A stretch of 64,000 bases of DNA from the NCBI GenBank assembly GCA_030141605.1, contig JAQGDQ010000197.1, positions 62,001-126,000 of the forward strand, read 5' to 3'. Position 1 is the first letter of the stretch, and each line of letters opens with the position of its first letter. Positions 38,825-59,213 of the stretch are shown piece by piece. The notes beneath the pieces are model-generated. The model saw only the letters and a list, made by a program, of their open reading frames with translations. It was not told the DNA's origin and did not search any database. The stretch comes from Tubiluchus corallicola (taxonomy: Eukaryota; Animalia; Priapulida). The position numbers were made by a program, and so were the translations under genes.

Positions 38825-41800
38825 ATGTCAGCGCACTTGAAGAAGTGTTGTGGTTCTGTTTTCAGACTAAAACATGGTAACATGTGGAAGCCACCCAATA
38901 TCATTGTAAGAATGTTTTCATAAGTCAGTAGCTAAAACAAATTGCGTTTTATGTGGTATATTTACAGCACTTTTATTTTACGTACTATTAATGAGTATTA
39001 TACCTTGACGCAACATAATTTAATTAACACCGAGCAAAAATATTTAATTAATAAAATATAAAAGTAACGTAATTTTACTTTAAATGGGAATGGAACCACT
39101 TGATGAAGTAAGGTTATAATTAATTGTCTTACAATAAAGTTTATGTATTAACATATTAATAACAACATTATTTTAATGAATATAAAACTAAAACTAAAAG
39201 AAATTTAATTTTACTTTAAAGGTGGGTGGTAGTATTCGAAAAGTAAGGTTCAGATTACAGTAAAAGTGAAAAACGCTTCCTTAAGGTGTAAGAAGTAGGG
39301 TCAAATTTACTCGGGATCAAATTTCGTTATGATTCTCACCCCCGAACTTTCTTGAAATCCCGAACCCCGTTCCCGAACATTCAGTCCTGTCTCGAACCCT
39401 GTTCCCGAATTTCACATTCCATCCCGACCCCTAACTTTAAGTTTCTGATATTTGAAAAACAATGTTTTCATTAGGCTTTTGATGCACATGAAGAAAAATG
39501 TAGCATTTATCAAGCCATCTGTAACTAAATTTTGTGAAAATATATTTTGAGATTTTGTTAACCATAACTGCATTGCTTATAGCTATTTTTTAAATGGCTT
39601 ATAAGTAGTTAAAGTAATCACTGCCTTAAATTAACTAAATTAACTTAAACTTTACTTTAGAAAGTGCTTCCACTACCCTTTAAGTGAAGCTTAATAAGTG
39701 AGTCAGCATAGTTAGCAAATTCCTTCCAAGCGTTTTGGTTGCCAGTAGACGTTTAGATATACATACACAGAGCATGAGTACTTTTTAAATTATTAAGGTC
39801 ATTTTGTTCAAGGTGTTCAAGGTTTTTGTTCTAGGTTTTAAGCTGTAAAAACAGGTAATTGATATGTGCTATAACCAAATGATATACCCAATATATAACC
39901 AATGATATACAATAATAATTCTAATCTTGTAATAAATAACTGACTGTAATATTGATTAGCAGTACAGCGAATGTTTTCAGAGTTTTACTTACTCGAATGA
40001 ACCGCCTGATTCTGAAGCTAGAGAAGAAAGCTTTAGCGGTCCAGTGCTACCTCAATATACTGAGCGACTGAACGAACCTGAAAATGAAAAGCGAGCACGC
40101 CTCATTTATCAGAGCCGGAAAAGAGGAATGCTGGAAAACTGTTTGTTACTGAGGTATCTATTTTTTTCTTCTTTTTTGAAAATATATGATTCAAAGTAAG
40201 AGAACTTTTATGTTGATGGTTAATTATTTCAGCCATTTATTCCAATTGTTATTGTTATAAGTTTATAGTGTAGCACTTTTGAACATGTGTCAATTACAAA
40301 CGGCATGATTATATAAATACAACTGTACTTATTAGTTGTCTGTTGTTTACTAAGCCATGCACTTGCAACACTGCCATTCATAGCGAGAATGAATCTGAAA
40401 TGTATACATTTGATTTCAATGAATAGGGTACTGTCAGTCTCTCACAGAAATCTAACTTTTAGACTGTAAAATATTTAATTGATGTCTCTTACTGGAAAAT
40501 TGGTTTAAAAGAACATTCAATACTTATAGTCTTTCTACCCATCTCAATACAGTTTTAGTAAACTGTGCACAGTATATTGTATTATATTATAAATGTGTAG
40601 CATAAAACAAATAAACTAAATCTTAAATCTTATACTGTCTTTCATTTGTGCTTCATAGTTGTTACAGCTGGATGTGAAATTGTGACCAAACCTAATATAG
40701 AAACTTAATTTCTTTCTTTTCCTCCTTACAGCACCTTTGCAGCCAAATATCTGGACAGTTTCACACCAGAACAGCTACAAAAGTATGATGTGCTGATCAA
40801 TAAGCCAGATAATGACTGGGATATATATAAGTGGGCAACAGGTATTACATTTATGCTACAGTTTTATACCAGACTTGCTAGTCTAATGAATGTTTATTAT
40901 TTCACCTCAAAGTGAATGATATTTGTCGTGCAAAAAATAAAAAGTTAGTAAGTTACCGTGGAAGTACTTGAATAGAATCAAAGAATGCATTGTATGCTAA
41001 AAACATACAAATTTTGGGGTGTTAAATATTCCAGCATTTGTTAGTTACTTATGTACAGTATTGTAATGTACAATTGCTCATTCATTTTTCATTTGGTAGT
41101 TTCTACTCTCAGATCAGTTTTTTTTAAAATACATGTTTTTATACTCAGTTAACTCACTGTTTTAATCATGCAGTACTTTTACTTGTCACCAGCTTATTAC
41201 AGGTACTTGACCTTACTCAAGCATAGCATTTCAGTTTCTTTAAGCCGCTTTTACGGGGTTAGTGTCTTCGGCGACTGTCCGAAAATTTTCAAGTCAAACA
41301 GTTGTAAAACACTCGCGGGTGTTCGCCATTGTTGTGAAAAGGTCACCGGCTTCGGAAGTTTTTTAAAATGTTCAAAAGTGATTGATTTTTAAAATGATTA
41401 AAAGTGATTGTCGCCGGAGTCGCAGAACTCGCCACTTCGCAAAACTGTCGTAAACTTGTCGTAACATTTGCCAAATGTTCGCCAACAATTTCAAAATCCA
41501 CAAATTTTTAGTGACTGTTGGACTTAGAAAATTTTCGACTGTTGTGGAGGAGTAACTGGAAAATTTGATAAAGCTGTACATAATTAACCACATGTTTCAG
41601 AAAAAAATGTATGTTCTATTTTGAATATTCTGTTTTTATCTCATGTGTTATGTCATAACAATTATATAAGAATCATACAGTAAATGTGGCTCAGTTGCTG
41701 AATATACAAGGAAATAATCCTTTTACTAATGTTCAGTGTATTTTGTGTTTTAGGAAAAGTAGAAGCACCTGACGAATTCAAAAGCGATATACTGGATCTG

Positions 41801-41881
41801 CTCAAACGTCACACGCTAAACGAAGACAGAGAATCGAGAATCACGATGCCAGATCTTTATAAAAAAGATTCCGTGAGATAG
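38825..41881 (+). CDS. SDHAF2: Succinate dehydrogenase assembly factor 2 (Sdh5); exons ~38825-38905 (tentative), ~39981-40153, 40732-40841, 41754-41881
   Basis: [22 protein letters not shown]|TFAAKYL...[20 protein letters not shown]|[17 protein letters not shown]...[10 protein letters not shown]; basic N-terminus compatible with a mitochondrial presequence; 5' exon boundaries uncertain. Confidence 0.92.
39340..39432. repeat. Degenerate minisatellite of CCCGAAC motifs
   Basis: Repeated CCCGAAC/CCCGACC units. Confidence 0.65.
41243..41545. mobile_element. CpG-rich palindromic MITE-like insertion in SDHAF2 intron
   Basis: CGAAAATTTTCAAGTC ... GACTTAGAAAATTTTCG inverted match; CpG content well above the flanks. 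Confidence 0.5.
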
Positions 41882-42169
41882 CACTTCTAGTACTCAGAAC
41901 TAGTTAAATGTATTGTTATAGCAGATAGCATTTCTGCTTGTAATCACTGTTATTCTTTGTTCACAGTAATATAGTGAGGCAGTGTAGTTAATAAATTTTA
42001 TGGCCTACTGGAGAGTAGATATTAAATCTTATCCAAACTATCTTTATTATGATTTCTGTAATGATAAAAAGTCAGACTTATTTTACATTAAACCAGATTG
42101 CACTTTGCGCTAATAATGAGCATGAGGAGTTTGATGCCATAAATTTCAATGCATAAAAATCTTATTAAT

Positions 42170-42735
42170 ACAGCATAATCTACTTATAACGAGGCTTATT
42201 ATAACGAACCTCTAGCTATTGCGAGTGAGTTTGAAAGTCACGTTAGTTCTCAGGCTTAAATAATGTATTTAAACCTTGTTTACAGCATCTCTGATATTGC
42301 GAGATCTTACTTATTATGATGGAATTTTACCGCCCCGTGATTTTATTTCCCCTGCATTAACGAGCATTATATGCAGGGAATGGGTTCTAAAACAATGGGC
42401 AAATTGGCACCATTCACCAAGGGCAAAAAAGTCAGTGCCCCTGGAGATCAGTTCATTGATTGTGCATAATTAGGTATAGCACATGTAGACGTGTTGGTGG
42501 GTCTGCCCATGTGTGATGCTGTAAAGAATCAGATTGTTAATAATGATGACAATGATGTGTTCTTATACCTTTCAAAACTTGATAGCTCTATCAATAAAGC
42601 TGTGGCGCAGTTCGATGTAAAGCAGGCAAAAATAAACGAGTTTTCAAAGAAAAAAAACTGTTCTGCTTTGCAATTAAGTAATTCTGTGACCTTTCTACAT
42701 TTAACTCTTAAATACTGTTTTAAGTAAATACAGTA
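42170..42735 (+). mobile_element. pogo/Tigger-like DNA transposon remnant
   Basis: TA|CAG start with repeated TTATAACGA motifs; downstream KQAKINEFSKK resembles the pogo transposase C-terminal PIP-box. Confidence 0.5.
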
Positions 42736-44402
42736 ATTTTGCATTAAATAACACAGGCTAGCCAGACTGTAGACTTAGTTATTGGGTGACTGTATGGTAT
42801 GCTGAAATGCTCAATCCTAAACTATAGTGCGCAGCTACTTAAACTGATATTTTTGCGTCTGTACTATGTTTAAGCTGATAAAAACCAGCTGTGTTTTCCA
42901 CCCATGCAGGCATCTAGGATCTTGCACAGGCAGTTCAATGATTACACTGTTACCCACGTAAAACACAGTCAGCTATCAGCAGACCACAATGAATCACAGT
43001 AGTGGTAACTTACAAAAGCAACTTGTGCTGTGTTTCATTGTATAAAATATATGCTGCATTAATTCTAGAAATAGCAGAGTTTAATCTTTTGTGATTAAAT
43101 ATTTGCTGGACAGTGACACTTATATATTAAGAATATTATGCCAGTCTCGAAAAGAGTGTTCTTTACATCACCACCTTATAGGCTTCATTTCTATCTCACA
43201 CGTACGTTTAGACAACAGTTACTGACCTCAGTTATAGTGAGCAAATATTCATGATCACTTGAAACTTTTATAAGCGAATTATATTGTACCATAAATGTAC
43301 AGAAAGAATTATCAATTACAATGCAAGATGCATGAAAATGTACAATTTGCTTCTTGCTCTTTATTCATGGTTAGCTACTGGTGTGATGAAATTAAGACCA
43401 AGTTTATCAAGACTTGTTTAATTAATGTGTAACTTTTTCATCCAGTTCCGCAAAATCAGTCGAATAATTCGCATCACGTTGAAAAACTATTGTAATTTTA
43501 TCAAGAAAAAGAAAACATGCACACAGAGGTAATAATGACAACTAATACAAAAAAGGAAATAAATCTTTGCTAAAGAATATTGATATCTTTAGTTTTTAAT
43601 ACTAAAAAATTGGAAATATTTAAATCGACTAAATTTTAAAATTTTTAGTTTTATCAAGCATACTTACACAAAATTGGTTATGCATCACAACTTATAACAT
43701 ATTTAAACACATTAGAAAATTATCAGTAAATAAGTTAGATAGCAGTTGCAGTTTGCAAACTTTTAACTTTAATATAAATTTTTAGTCACGTCGCACTTAG
43801 ATACATAACATTGTACAAATCTGTGAAAAACTTTAATTTATGGTTTCAAATTATTGGTGGTGGTAAAGTGACTAGGAGAGAAAAAAGCAACACGTTTGTT
43901 TACAAAGTGATAGGCCATCAGGTTCAATGAAATTTCATTCATAAAAAGTTTGTGGCAAGGTAGTGGAATGATTAGCTCATTATTTGGACTCACAAACAAA
44001 CAATGACATCATCTAAGCTAGGTATATCACTAATGCCTTATTGCAGACATTCAACTTGTCTAACAAGATTATTAGAAGTCTATAAGTTATTCATGGCAAA
44101 ATCATTCCTCTTTAATAATGTAGCACACAAAAAGAACTTTCAAAAATGTTAAAAATCAAACAAACAAAATGGCAACTTTTTACACATTTTTTTATAAAAA
44201 TTTTAAGCATCTTCAAGATGAAGCATCATTAAGATTAATTATCATTATGGAATAGAAAACAGATTAGTGGTAATAGTAAACTTATCACATTTAATTCACG
44301 AGTTCTGAAAATGTCAGATTAGTGCAAAGTTAATATCACGATGAATTCATGAAATCAGAAAACACCAAAAAACAATAATCATGGTTATCATTATTTGAAC
44401 AA

Positions 44403-52305
<7,903 letters not shown>

Positions 52306-53532
52306 TTAAAGTGTTTTTTGTACAACAAATTGTTTTTAACTTTTAATAATTTTAAATGTTAACTTTAATAATAGTACATGCTATCAATTTTAGTTCACCA
52401 ATCTAAGTACATGCTCCTCAATGTGATGGGAAAGTTATAGACATGCCTGCAAAACGAAAAGATCAACCACCATCACTGTTTCTTTTGAATAGTGTCTTCT
52501 GAAGCATTAGAAAAAGTGTTGTGAAAGTATTTGCAGTTTTATATTCAGCTGAAACAGAAACTTTTGGCTTGTATGTTGTTAGACTCTTGATTTTTTAATA
52601 AGTGTTATTATAATTTAAACTTCTTGCATTTACCTACTATTACAATTGCAATTGCTATGTGATATCAGAAGAGCCCCATGTAGAAGAAACCAAAAAAAAA
52701 GAACAGATAAAAACTGATAAAACTATTATAACGAGCATTTAATTTTGAGTGAAGATCATTTATTCACGGACCAGAAATGAACAGGGGTACTATTTATGGA
52801 TTTATGCTGGTTTCTTGATGGGAATCCATTACTCACTTCTTTTTCGCCCTTCATTCATTTGTTAATTTTAATTTTAATTTCTGACAATAATGAATGAAAA
52901 AAATTTTAAAAATGCATTAAAGAAAATATTATAATGATTAAAATATTAATAAATATTACTATCAATATTTACGTTTACATCAACTAGTGATTATTCTTAT
53001 CTATAACAAGGCTGTTATTTCCTTACACTCTCTGCATATTATATTGAATAAAAATACGTATGTCATAAATATATTCAATGTCCTGTTGACTATTTTAGAT
53101 AGTTTGAGTGGTGACTACTACTAACTAACACAGCAAGAGTATTTGTCTAATAAAAATAATAGTGCTATACCACAAACACACTTATTTGACATAAGGGCAA
53201 AAGTGCATTAGTGTCAAAAATAGAGTGCTATGAAACACAAGGTCTCTGTCAAAAATTTTTGTTTATAGACCTACATCACGATCACTCAGTAATTTTCAGT
53301 TAGGCTTCATCATACCAAACACTAATTACTGAGCTTATGGCAAATCAAATCAAATCAATGTCAGTACACTTTGTTGAAGTGAATTTTCCATTTTAAGAAG
53401 TTTAGATTCATAGATTAGAAAAGAAAAACTTTACTTCCAACTAAAAGGCTAAAAAGAAACTGCAAGGACAAAATTAAAAGACAGAGAAAAACAAAGATAC
53501 ACGAATGGATATAAATTTTCAGTAACGTCAAT

Positions 53533-53612
53533 GCAAAACTATGTCTATATGACTCACCCACTAGCACTGTCGGCTTATTGCTAGTGGGTGAGTCATATAG
53601 ACATAGTTTTGC
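53533..53612. repeat. Perfect inverted repeat: 34-bp arms, 12-nt loop
   Basis: GCAAAACTATGTCTATATGACTCACCCACTAGCA-ctgtcggcttat-TGCTAGTGGGTGAGTCATATAGACATAGTTTTGC. Confidence 0.95.
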
Positions 53613-53619
53613 TTTTAAT

Positions 53620-55140
53620 AAATTTTGTTAAGAGAATTAGCAGACGAAATTAAAGCGCCCTTAACTAGGATTTTTAATCATTCACTTGTTGCAGGAGTTT
53701 TACCACAAAAATGTAAAGAGGCCAGAATATCTGCTGTAGAAAATTGGCTATTTGTTTTACAGATTTTATTTTCCACTCATTGTAAGGAGGTGAAAAAACG
53801 TTTGAGGATCTGTAGAAAAAGAAACTTTAGGCCAGGTTTCAGAAATCAACAGAGACATGCTAATTTTACAACAGTGGCATACTGACCACACAATTACTGG
53901 CCTCTATACCACTAAAACAGGATTTTTTCTTATTCTAAGGCTATCTAACCTCTCATATAAGAGCGGCCAAGCACGTCAAACAAACTCTACAGGTAATGCA
54001 AACATTAATAATAACGCTCTATAATCAACACACCTGGCTTCACTGTACCCATGCTAGCCCGAGAGATAACATCTGAGATATACAAAAAGGTAATAGAAAA
54101 ATTGCAAATAACAATCGTCCTGTATCCCTAACAAGTGTTGTTTGTAAGGTCATGGAGAAGTGCTTAATAGACCACATTCTGGAGTATCTGCTGATAAACA
54201 ATTTTATTAGTAATGAGCAATATGGGTTTTTGCCATGACGATAAACAAGCCTACAGCTCTTGCAAGTAATGGAGATGTGGATTGAAGCACTGGATTGTGG
54301 AGAAAACATGGATGACGTGTATATGGACTTTGAAAAAGCATTTGATAGAGTGTCCTACAAAAGGTTATGGTGTAAGTTGACAGCATATTGGATTGAGGAA
54401 GGTATAGTTACATGGATAGCAGATTTTTTGAGCAATAGGAAGCAAAAAGTCATCGTACATGGATGTAGCTCAAGCTGGCAAAATGTAAATAGTGGAATTC
54501 CACAGGGCAGCGTCCTCGGTCCAATATTATTTCTCATCTACATCAATGATCTTCCAGAAGAAGTAGTGTCTGAGAACTTTATGTTTGCCAACGATACAAA
54601 ACTGTTCAATATAATTAAATCACAGCAGGATAGGGAAAACATTCAAGAAGATCTTCATAGTATGGAGTAAAGATTGGTTGTTAGCTTTTCATCCTGGCAA
54701 ATGCAAGGCGATGAATATAACAACCAGAAAGCTTAGTAACTTGAAAGAATTATCGTATACTGACCATTTAAAGTTACTTAAATTGCCAACACTAGCTTAC
54801 AGGACTGGGAGGTGACGTGACAGAGGCTTATAAGATCTTAACGAATATATATGATAAAGCTGTAAGCCCACAGTTCAAATTGAGATCGCAGGTGTCCAGA
54901 TCGATCACCAGAGGCCATTCACTAAAGCTACATACGTTCAGATAAAAAAGTGTATGGGCTTGAATCATTTTTCGCACAGAATTGTAGATGCATGGAATAG
55001 TTTACCCAATGATGTGGCATGCATGCCACGTGTAGATGTATTTAAGAGAAGGTTGGACAAGTACTGGGCTGGGAAAGAGACAGTCTACAAATACAAGGCC
55101 TCCTTTGAGGATACGGATACGAACATATATACATGATTTG
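53620..55140 (+). mobile_element. Decayed CR1-type LINE interrupted by a ~340-bp insertion and internally deleted
   Basis: LRELADEIKAPL..IFN, then after the insert [58 protein letters not shown]. Confidence 0.9.
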
Positions 55141-56780
55141 GCTAGAAGATCATTTTGCCAAAACAACATAAGGTATTAAAAACTCCCATTAAATTCAAAA
55201 AGATCCAATTTATTTCAGTGAAGGATTACCCTCACAATACTTTATATAACAGTTCTGATATACAAATTAGCTTAAACAATAATTTTGTAACTTATTTAAC
55301 TTATTTCCAGCTTATTGCTTCACACTACAGCAGTTTCATTCATCTTTTTCTGCTTTTGCAAATGCTATCAAAATTTACGTTTATAACTGTGGAGCCTGTT
55401 GTAACAAATCTGTTGCTATAACTACTGTGTCCCCAGTAATATTTCTAAGTTTTTCTTTTATGGTTTTTTCCCTGCTATGGTATTCTGAGGTTACTTAGTG
55501 ATTAGTATAACACTTAGTTATTAATACAAAAAAATGTTAGTGATCTTCTTTCCTTTTGTTTAGAGAATAGAGGTACTTTAGAATAGTGAACTAAAGCACC
55601 ATGTATCTTTCCATTTCTTCAGTGTGGTTTTTTTTTATTAGTCATTTCAGTTCTTGTTATTAAGTATTATTTCTGTGTTAGAAAAAAATGAAGTACATTC
55701 TAGAAATATTGAGCACAACAAGACAAAAACATGCATTATTTTTCACACAGATTTTTATGATTTCTCACACTTCAGATTCAGCCAGGTCAAATTTTACACA
55801 ATTATATTTTAACTATGATTTTACTGATAAATGAAGTTCAGTAGCTTTTGTAATACATAGGTGCCAGTTTTAATTCGACTTGAGTCTAGGAATCAGGATT
55901 AGTCTTGTCAAAGGCAAAAGTCGGGAATAGACTGCCACATAAAATTACCACTTTTAACACTTTGTTAGGTTTAGTCAGGCCACCATGAAGAATATTTGAA
56001 TAGGTTAGCACTTATGTCCTTTGAATCTGAAATCAGCTGGATTTTAAACTTACAAGGCCCTGAAAGGTTCTGCAGAGAAAAATACAACAAACTTTTTCAC
56101 GAAGCATTGTAATACACTGTATATAACAACAAAGACTAATAATGTGATTTTCGGAAAACACAAGAAATTTTTCAACCACAGTGTATCAAAATGAACATAT
56201 AGTCTCATTTTGGTATATTTAACTTTAATGCATTCTTTTGCACACATTTTAAAACATTTTCACTGCATTTCATGTGATCATAAAGCTAACTGACAAATTT
56301 CATTTATGTCACTAAATCAGCAGACATTGGCTGTAAATGCAGAGCTCAACACAAGATGTTTCTTGTATCTCCCTGGCTGGTAGTTTGCAGACATGTAAAC
56401 AGGTAATTCCTTGAAGAAACACCTGTATAATGCTCTAAAGAAAGCCAAGAACTCCCAGTGGTAGTTAATAAAGAACACATCATTAAATAATTAACCACTA
56501 CATATCTACTATGAATTTCTCCAATAATATACACATTTTTAAATAATTTTAAGACAAACACTGTCTGAATATTGATTACACAAAAATGCAACAACCTACT
56601 ATGATACTTTGATCAGAATCAACAAGGTAAAAAGTGACATTAAAGATTCTAGTTTATTATAATCTAATAAAAGGAAAGCCCAGATTAGCAGGTACTGAAT
56701 AAGAAAAATCAAAACAATGATAAACTATGGGTGTTCTACCTTCACACAGCAGTACTATTTTATTAAAAATTATGCAGTTC

Positions 56781-59213
56781 TCACATAATAACACATTTAT
56801 CCTTTTTTGGTTTTTGGCTAAGTGCAAGAAGAGGCTTCATAAAAGCAAGATCTACAGAATTTTTCGGTGTCTGAGTGCCTTTTGGTGATCCGGTACTTGA
56901 ATCCGGTGTCTGGGTACCCGATTTAGGCGTGGCCACTCCAGATCCATTTGAATTCACTTGTGAAGCATTCTCGTTCTCTACAGATAGCAATTGTTTATCA
57001 TTTTCACCCATTTTTTTCAACGACTTTTGTCGATTCAGTACATAAACTTCACTTGACTGGCCTTCTGCTAAAGTTGGTAAATGCCCAGTAGATAAGATGC
57101 TACCTTGTACATGGGCTACAATTCCCGTATCTTGAGTGTGAAATTTCCCATGTTTCATCCAGAATGACAAGTTCTTAGCAGAATGTCTTTTTTGCTGCCA
57201 AGCATTACTTAACTGACTGTCACTTTGAACCGAGTCACTTTGCATCAGCACTTTCCGTGACCCTATCCGAGGATTAAATGGCACAGGAGCCCTAGAAACT
57301 GGTTTGTGTTTTAACTTTTCTAAAGCAAGATTAATTTGTGCTTCCCTGGGCTCCAGAAACCAGATCATGTCCTTTTTGTTATCTTCGATGTCTATCACTG
57401 GATCTTCCAATGTGTTAATGTTCAAGCTGACATGTGATGCATCATCAAAGATTTCTTGGACATCAGCAGCTATTTCATCCAATGTCTTTGGGTTATTCAA
57501 AAATGGAAATTTGTCTTCCTCTACTACCATTCCCATTTTCCCATAATGTATATTATGAAGACTAAACAGGTCGCGATTATAGTCAAAGTGACGATGCTCC
57601 CAAGCTCCTGTTCGTGGATCATAAGTATACTGAGGCAGTAGTTTCCATCCATGTGTGCAAACCATGTCTACTGCTTCTAAAATGAAATCAACGTACTCAG
57701 CAGAGAAAAAATATGGAAAATTCAACCTGACAAACCCTGGTTTCATGATCTCTAAAGCTTGTTTAATATGTGTTTCACCATTAACAGGTGCATCATCAAG
57801 AAACCAAGTAAACTTTCTGGCAGTATCCTCATCTAATCCTAACAAATCTTGAGCATATGGCCCAGCACAAGCACACCCACCTCTAGCCTGGATGCCATAT
57901 AAGTCATTCAGCAGAACTGAAACAAAATTGTGATGTAAAAACTTCCCTGTATCTTGATGAAGCACCAGAAATGAAAATATAGGAAGTCGTCTGGATGTGT
58001 GACTACCAAGAATTTTCATATTTGGATTTTTTTTCCATAATTTAAAAGCACTTTCACACATTTCTTGCTCTTTCTGTTCAATGAGTTCAGTCCCAATTTC
58101 CTGTTTCAGTTGAAATACCATTCCAGCTCGTATGGATTCAATTATGGCTGGAGTTCCTCCTTCTTCACGTGCTTCAATATCCTTTAGATACAAATGAGTG
58201 TCTCTTGTCACAAACAGTACAGTTCCACCTCCGCAACCATGGGGTACAGGATTGCGGAATAGTTTTTTCTTTGCTATAAGTACACCTGGTGTACCTGGAC
58301 CTCCTACAAATTTATGGGGTGAGCAAAATACGGCATCTTTGTAACCCATCTCTGAAGCATTCATGTCAATTTTGAGATATGGAGCTGCTGTTGCATAGTC
58401 CCAGAAACTCAAACCATTGTACTTGTGTACCAATTCTGCCACTGCCATTGTGTCAGTTATAATACCTGTCACATTGCTTGCTGCAGATAGTGCACATATT
58501 ACTTGCACATTGTTTTCACTCCAGTACTGCAAACGATGTTCCAGATCCTTCATATCTACTTGACCTTTTGAGGTATCTCTAATGCGGATGATTTGTCTTA
58601 CACCAGATTCCTTCCATGGCAAGATGTTAGAATGATGTTCATAAGGACCAACAATCACAACTGTATTATAGGCTTCCATATTGTTATTTAGCTGCAATGC
58701 TCCTATCAGTTTGTGTATGGCCCCAGTTGTACCACTACCTGTAAAAATGACCACATCATCTTCGCTGGCATTGACACACTTCTTTATTATGTCTCTTGCT
58801 TCATGTCGAAATTGTGTTGTTTGTCGAGATGTAGAAGTTGTAGTTGTGTGAGTATTGGCATACAAGGCATAAACATACTGTGATATATATTCTTCTATGA
58901 ATACCAGGGGTCTGCCTGATGCAGTATAGTCACAATATATCACATTTCTCAGACCATAAGGAGTTCTAACTACAGTTTCTCGACCGATAACATTAATGTC
59001 AATGTACTCCAGAAGCGAACTATATTCCAAATCACATTCATCTTCATACGTGTTTTCTGGTGTACGAATCTCTGCTAATTCCATACTGTTTAAAATATCA
59101 TCAATAACGTATGAGCTAATATCCTCGTCAGTAGCTTGACTGCTCTCCCTGGAAAAACCAGAACTGCTTCCCAAAGATTTTAGATCAAAGTTAACATCAC
59201 TTTGCGCCTGCAT
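56781..59213 (-). CDS. Intronless class-V PLP-dependent enzyme (probable cysteine desulfurase/selenocysteine lyase-like), 810 aa, with C-terminal CaaX
   Basis: Long uninterrupted ORF; YCDYTASGR, GPYEHHSN, AASNVTG, WDYATAAPY, SPHKFVGGPG (PLP lysine), REEGGTPAI, QARGGCACAG (SufS-like Cys motif); ends KPKKDKCVIM*. Confidence 0.92.
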   Translation of the reverse strand: MQAQSDVNFDLKSLGSSSGFSRESSQATDEDISSYVIDDILNSMELAEIRTPENTYEDECDLEYSSLLEYIDINVIGRETVVRTPYGLRNVIYCDYTASGRPLVFIEEYISQYVYALYANTHTTTTSTSRQTTQFRHEARDIIKKCVNASEDDVVIFTGSGTTGAIHKLIGALQLNNNMEAYNTVVIVGPYEHHSNILPWKESGVRQIIRIRDTSKGQVDMKDLEHRLQYWSENNVQVICALSAASNVTGIITDTMAVAELVHKYNGLSFWDYATAAPYLKIDMNASEMGYKDAVFCSPHKFVGGPGTPGVLIAKKKLFRNPVPHGCGGGTVLFVTRDTHLYLKDIEAREEGGTPAIIESIRAGMVFQLKQEIGTELIEQKEQEMCESAFKLWKKNPNMKILGSHTSRRLPIFSFLVLHQDTGKFLHHNFVSVLLNDLYGIQARGGCACAGPYAQDLLGLDEDTARKFTWFLDDAPVNGETHIKQALEIMKPGFVRLNFPYFFSAEYVDFILEAVDMVCTHGWKLLPQYTYDPRTGAWEHRHFDYNRDLFSLHNIHYGKMGMVVEEDKFPFLNNPKTLDEIAADVQEIFDDASHVSLNINTLEDPVIDIEDNKKDMIWFLEPREAQINLALEKLKHKPVSRAPVPFNPRIGSRKVLMQSDSVQSDSQLSNAWQQKRHSAKNLSFWMKHGKFHTQDTGIVAHVQGSILSTGHLPTLAEGQSSEVYVLNRQKSLKKMGENDKQLLSVENENASQVNSNGSGVATPKSGTQTPDSSTGSPKGTQTPKNSVDLAFMKPLLALSQKPKKDKCVIM

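Noticed and set aside
57304-57852. Short + strand ORFs
   Set aside because: Antisense shadows of the 810-aa gene
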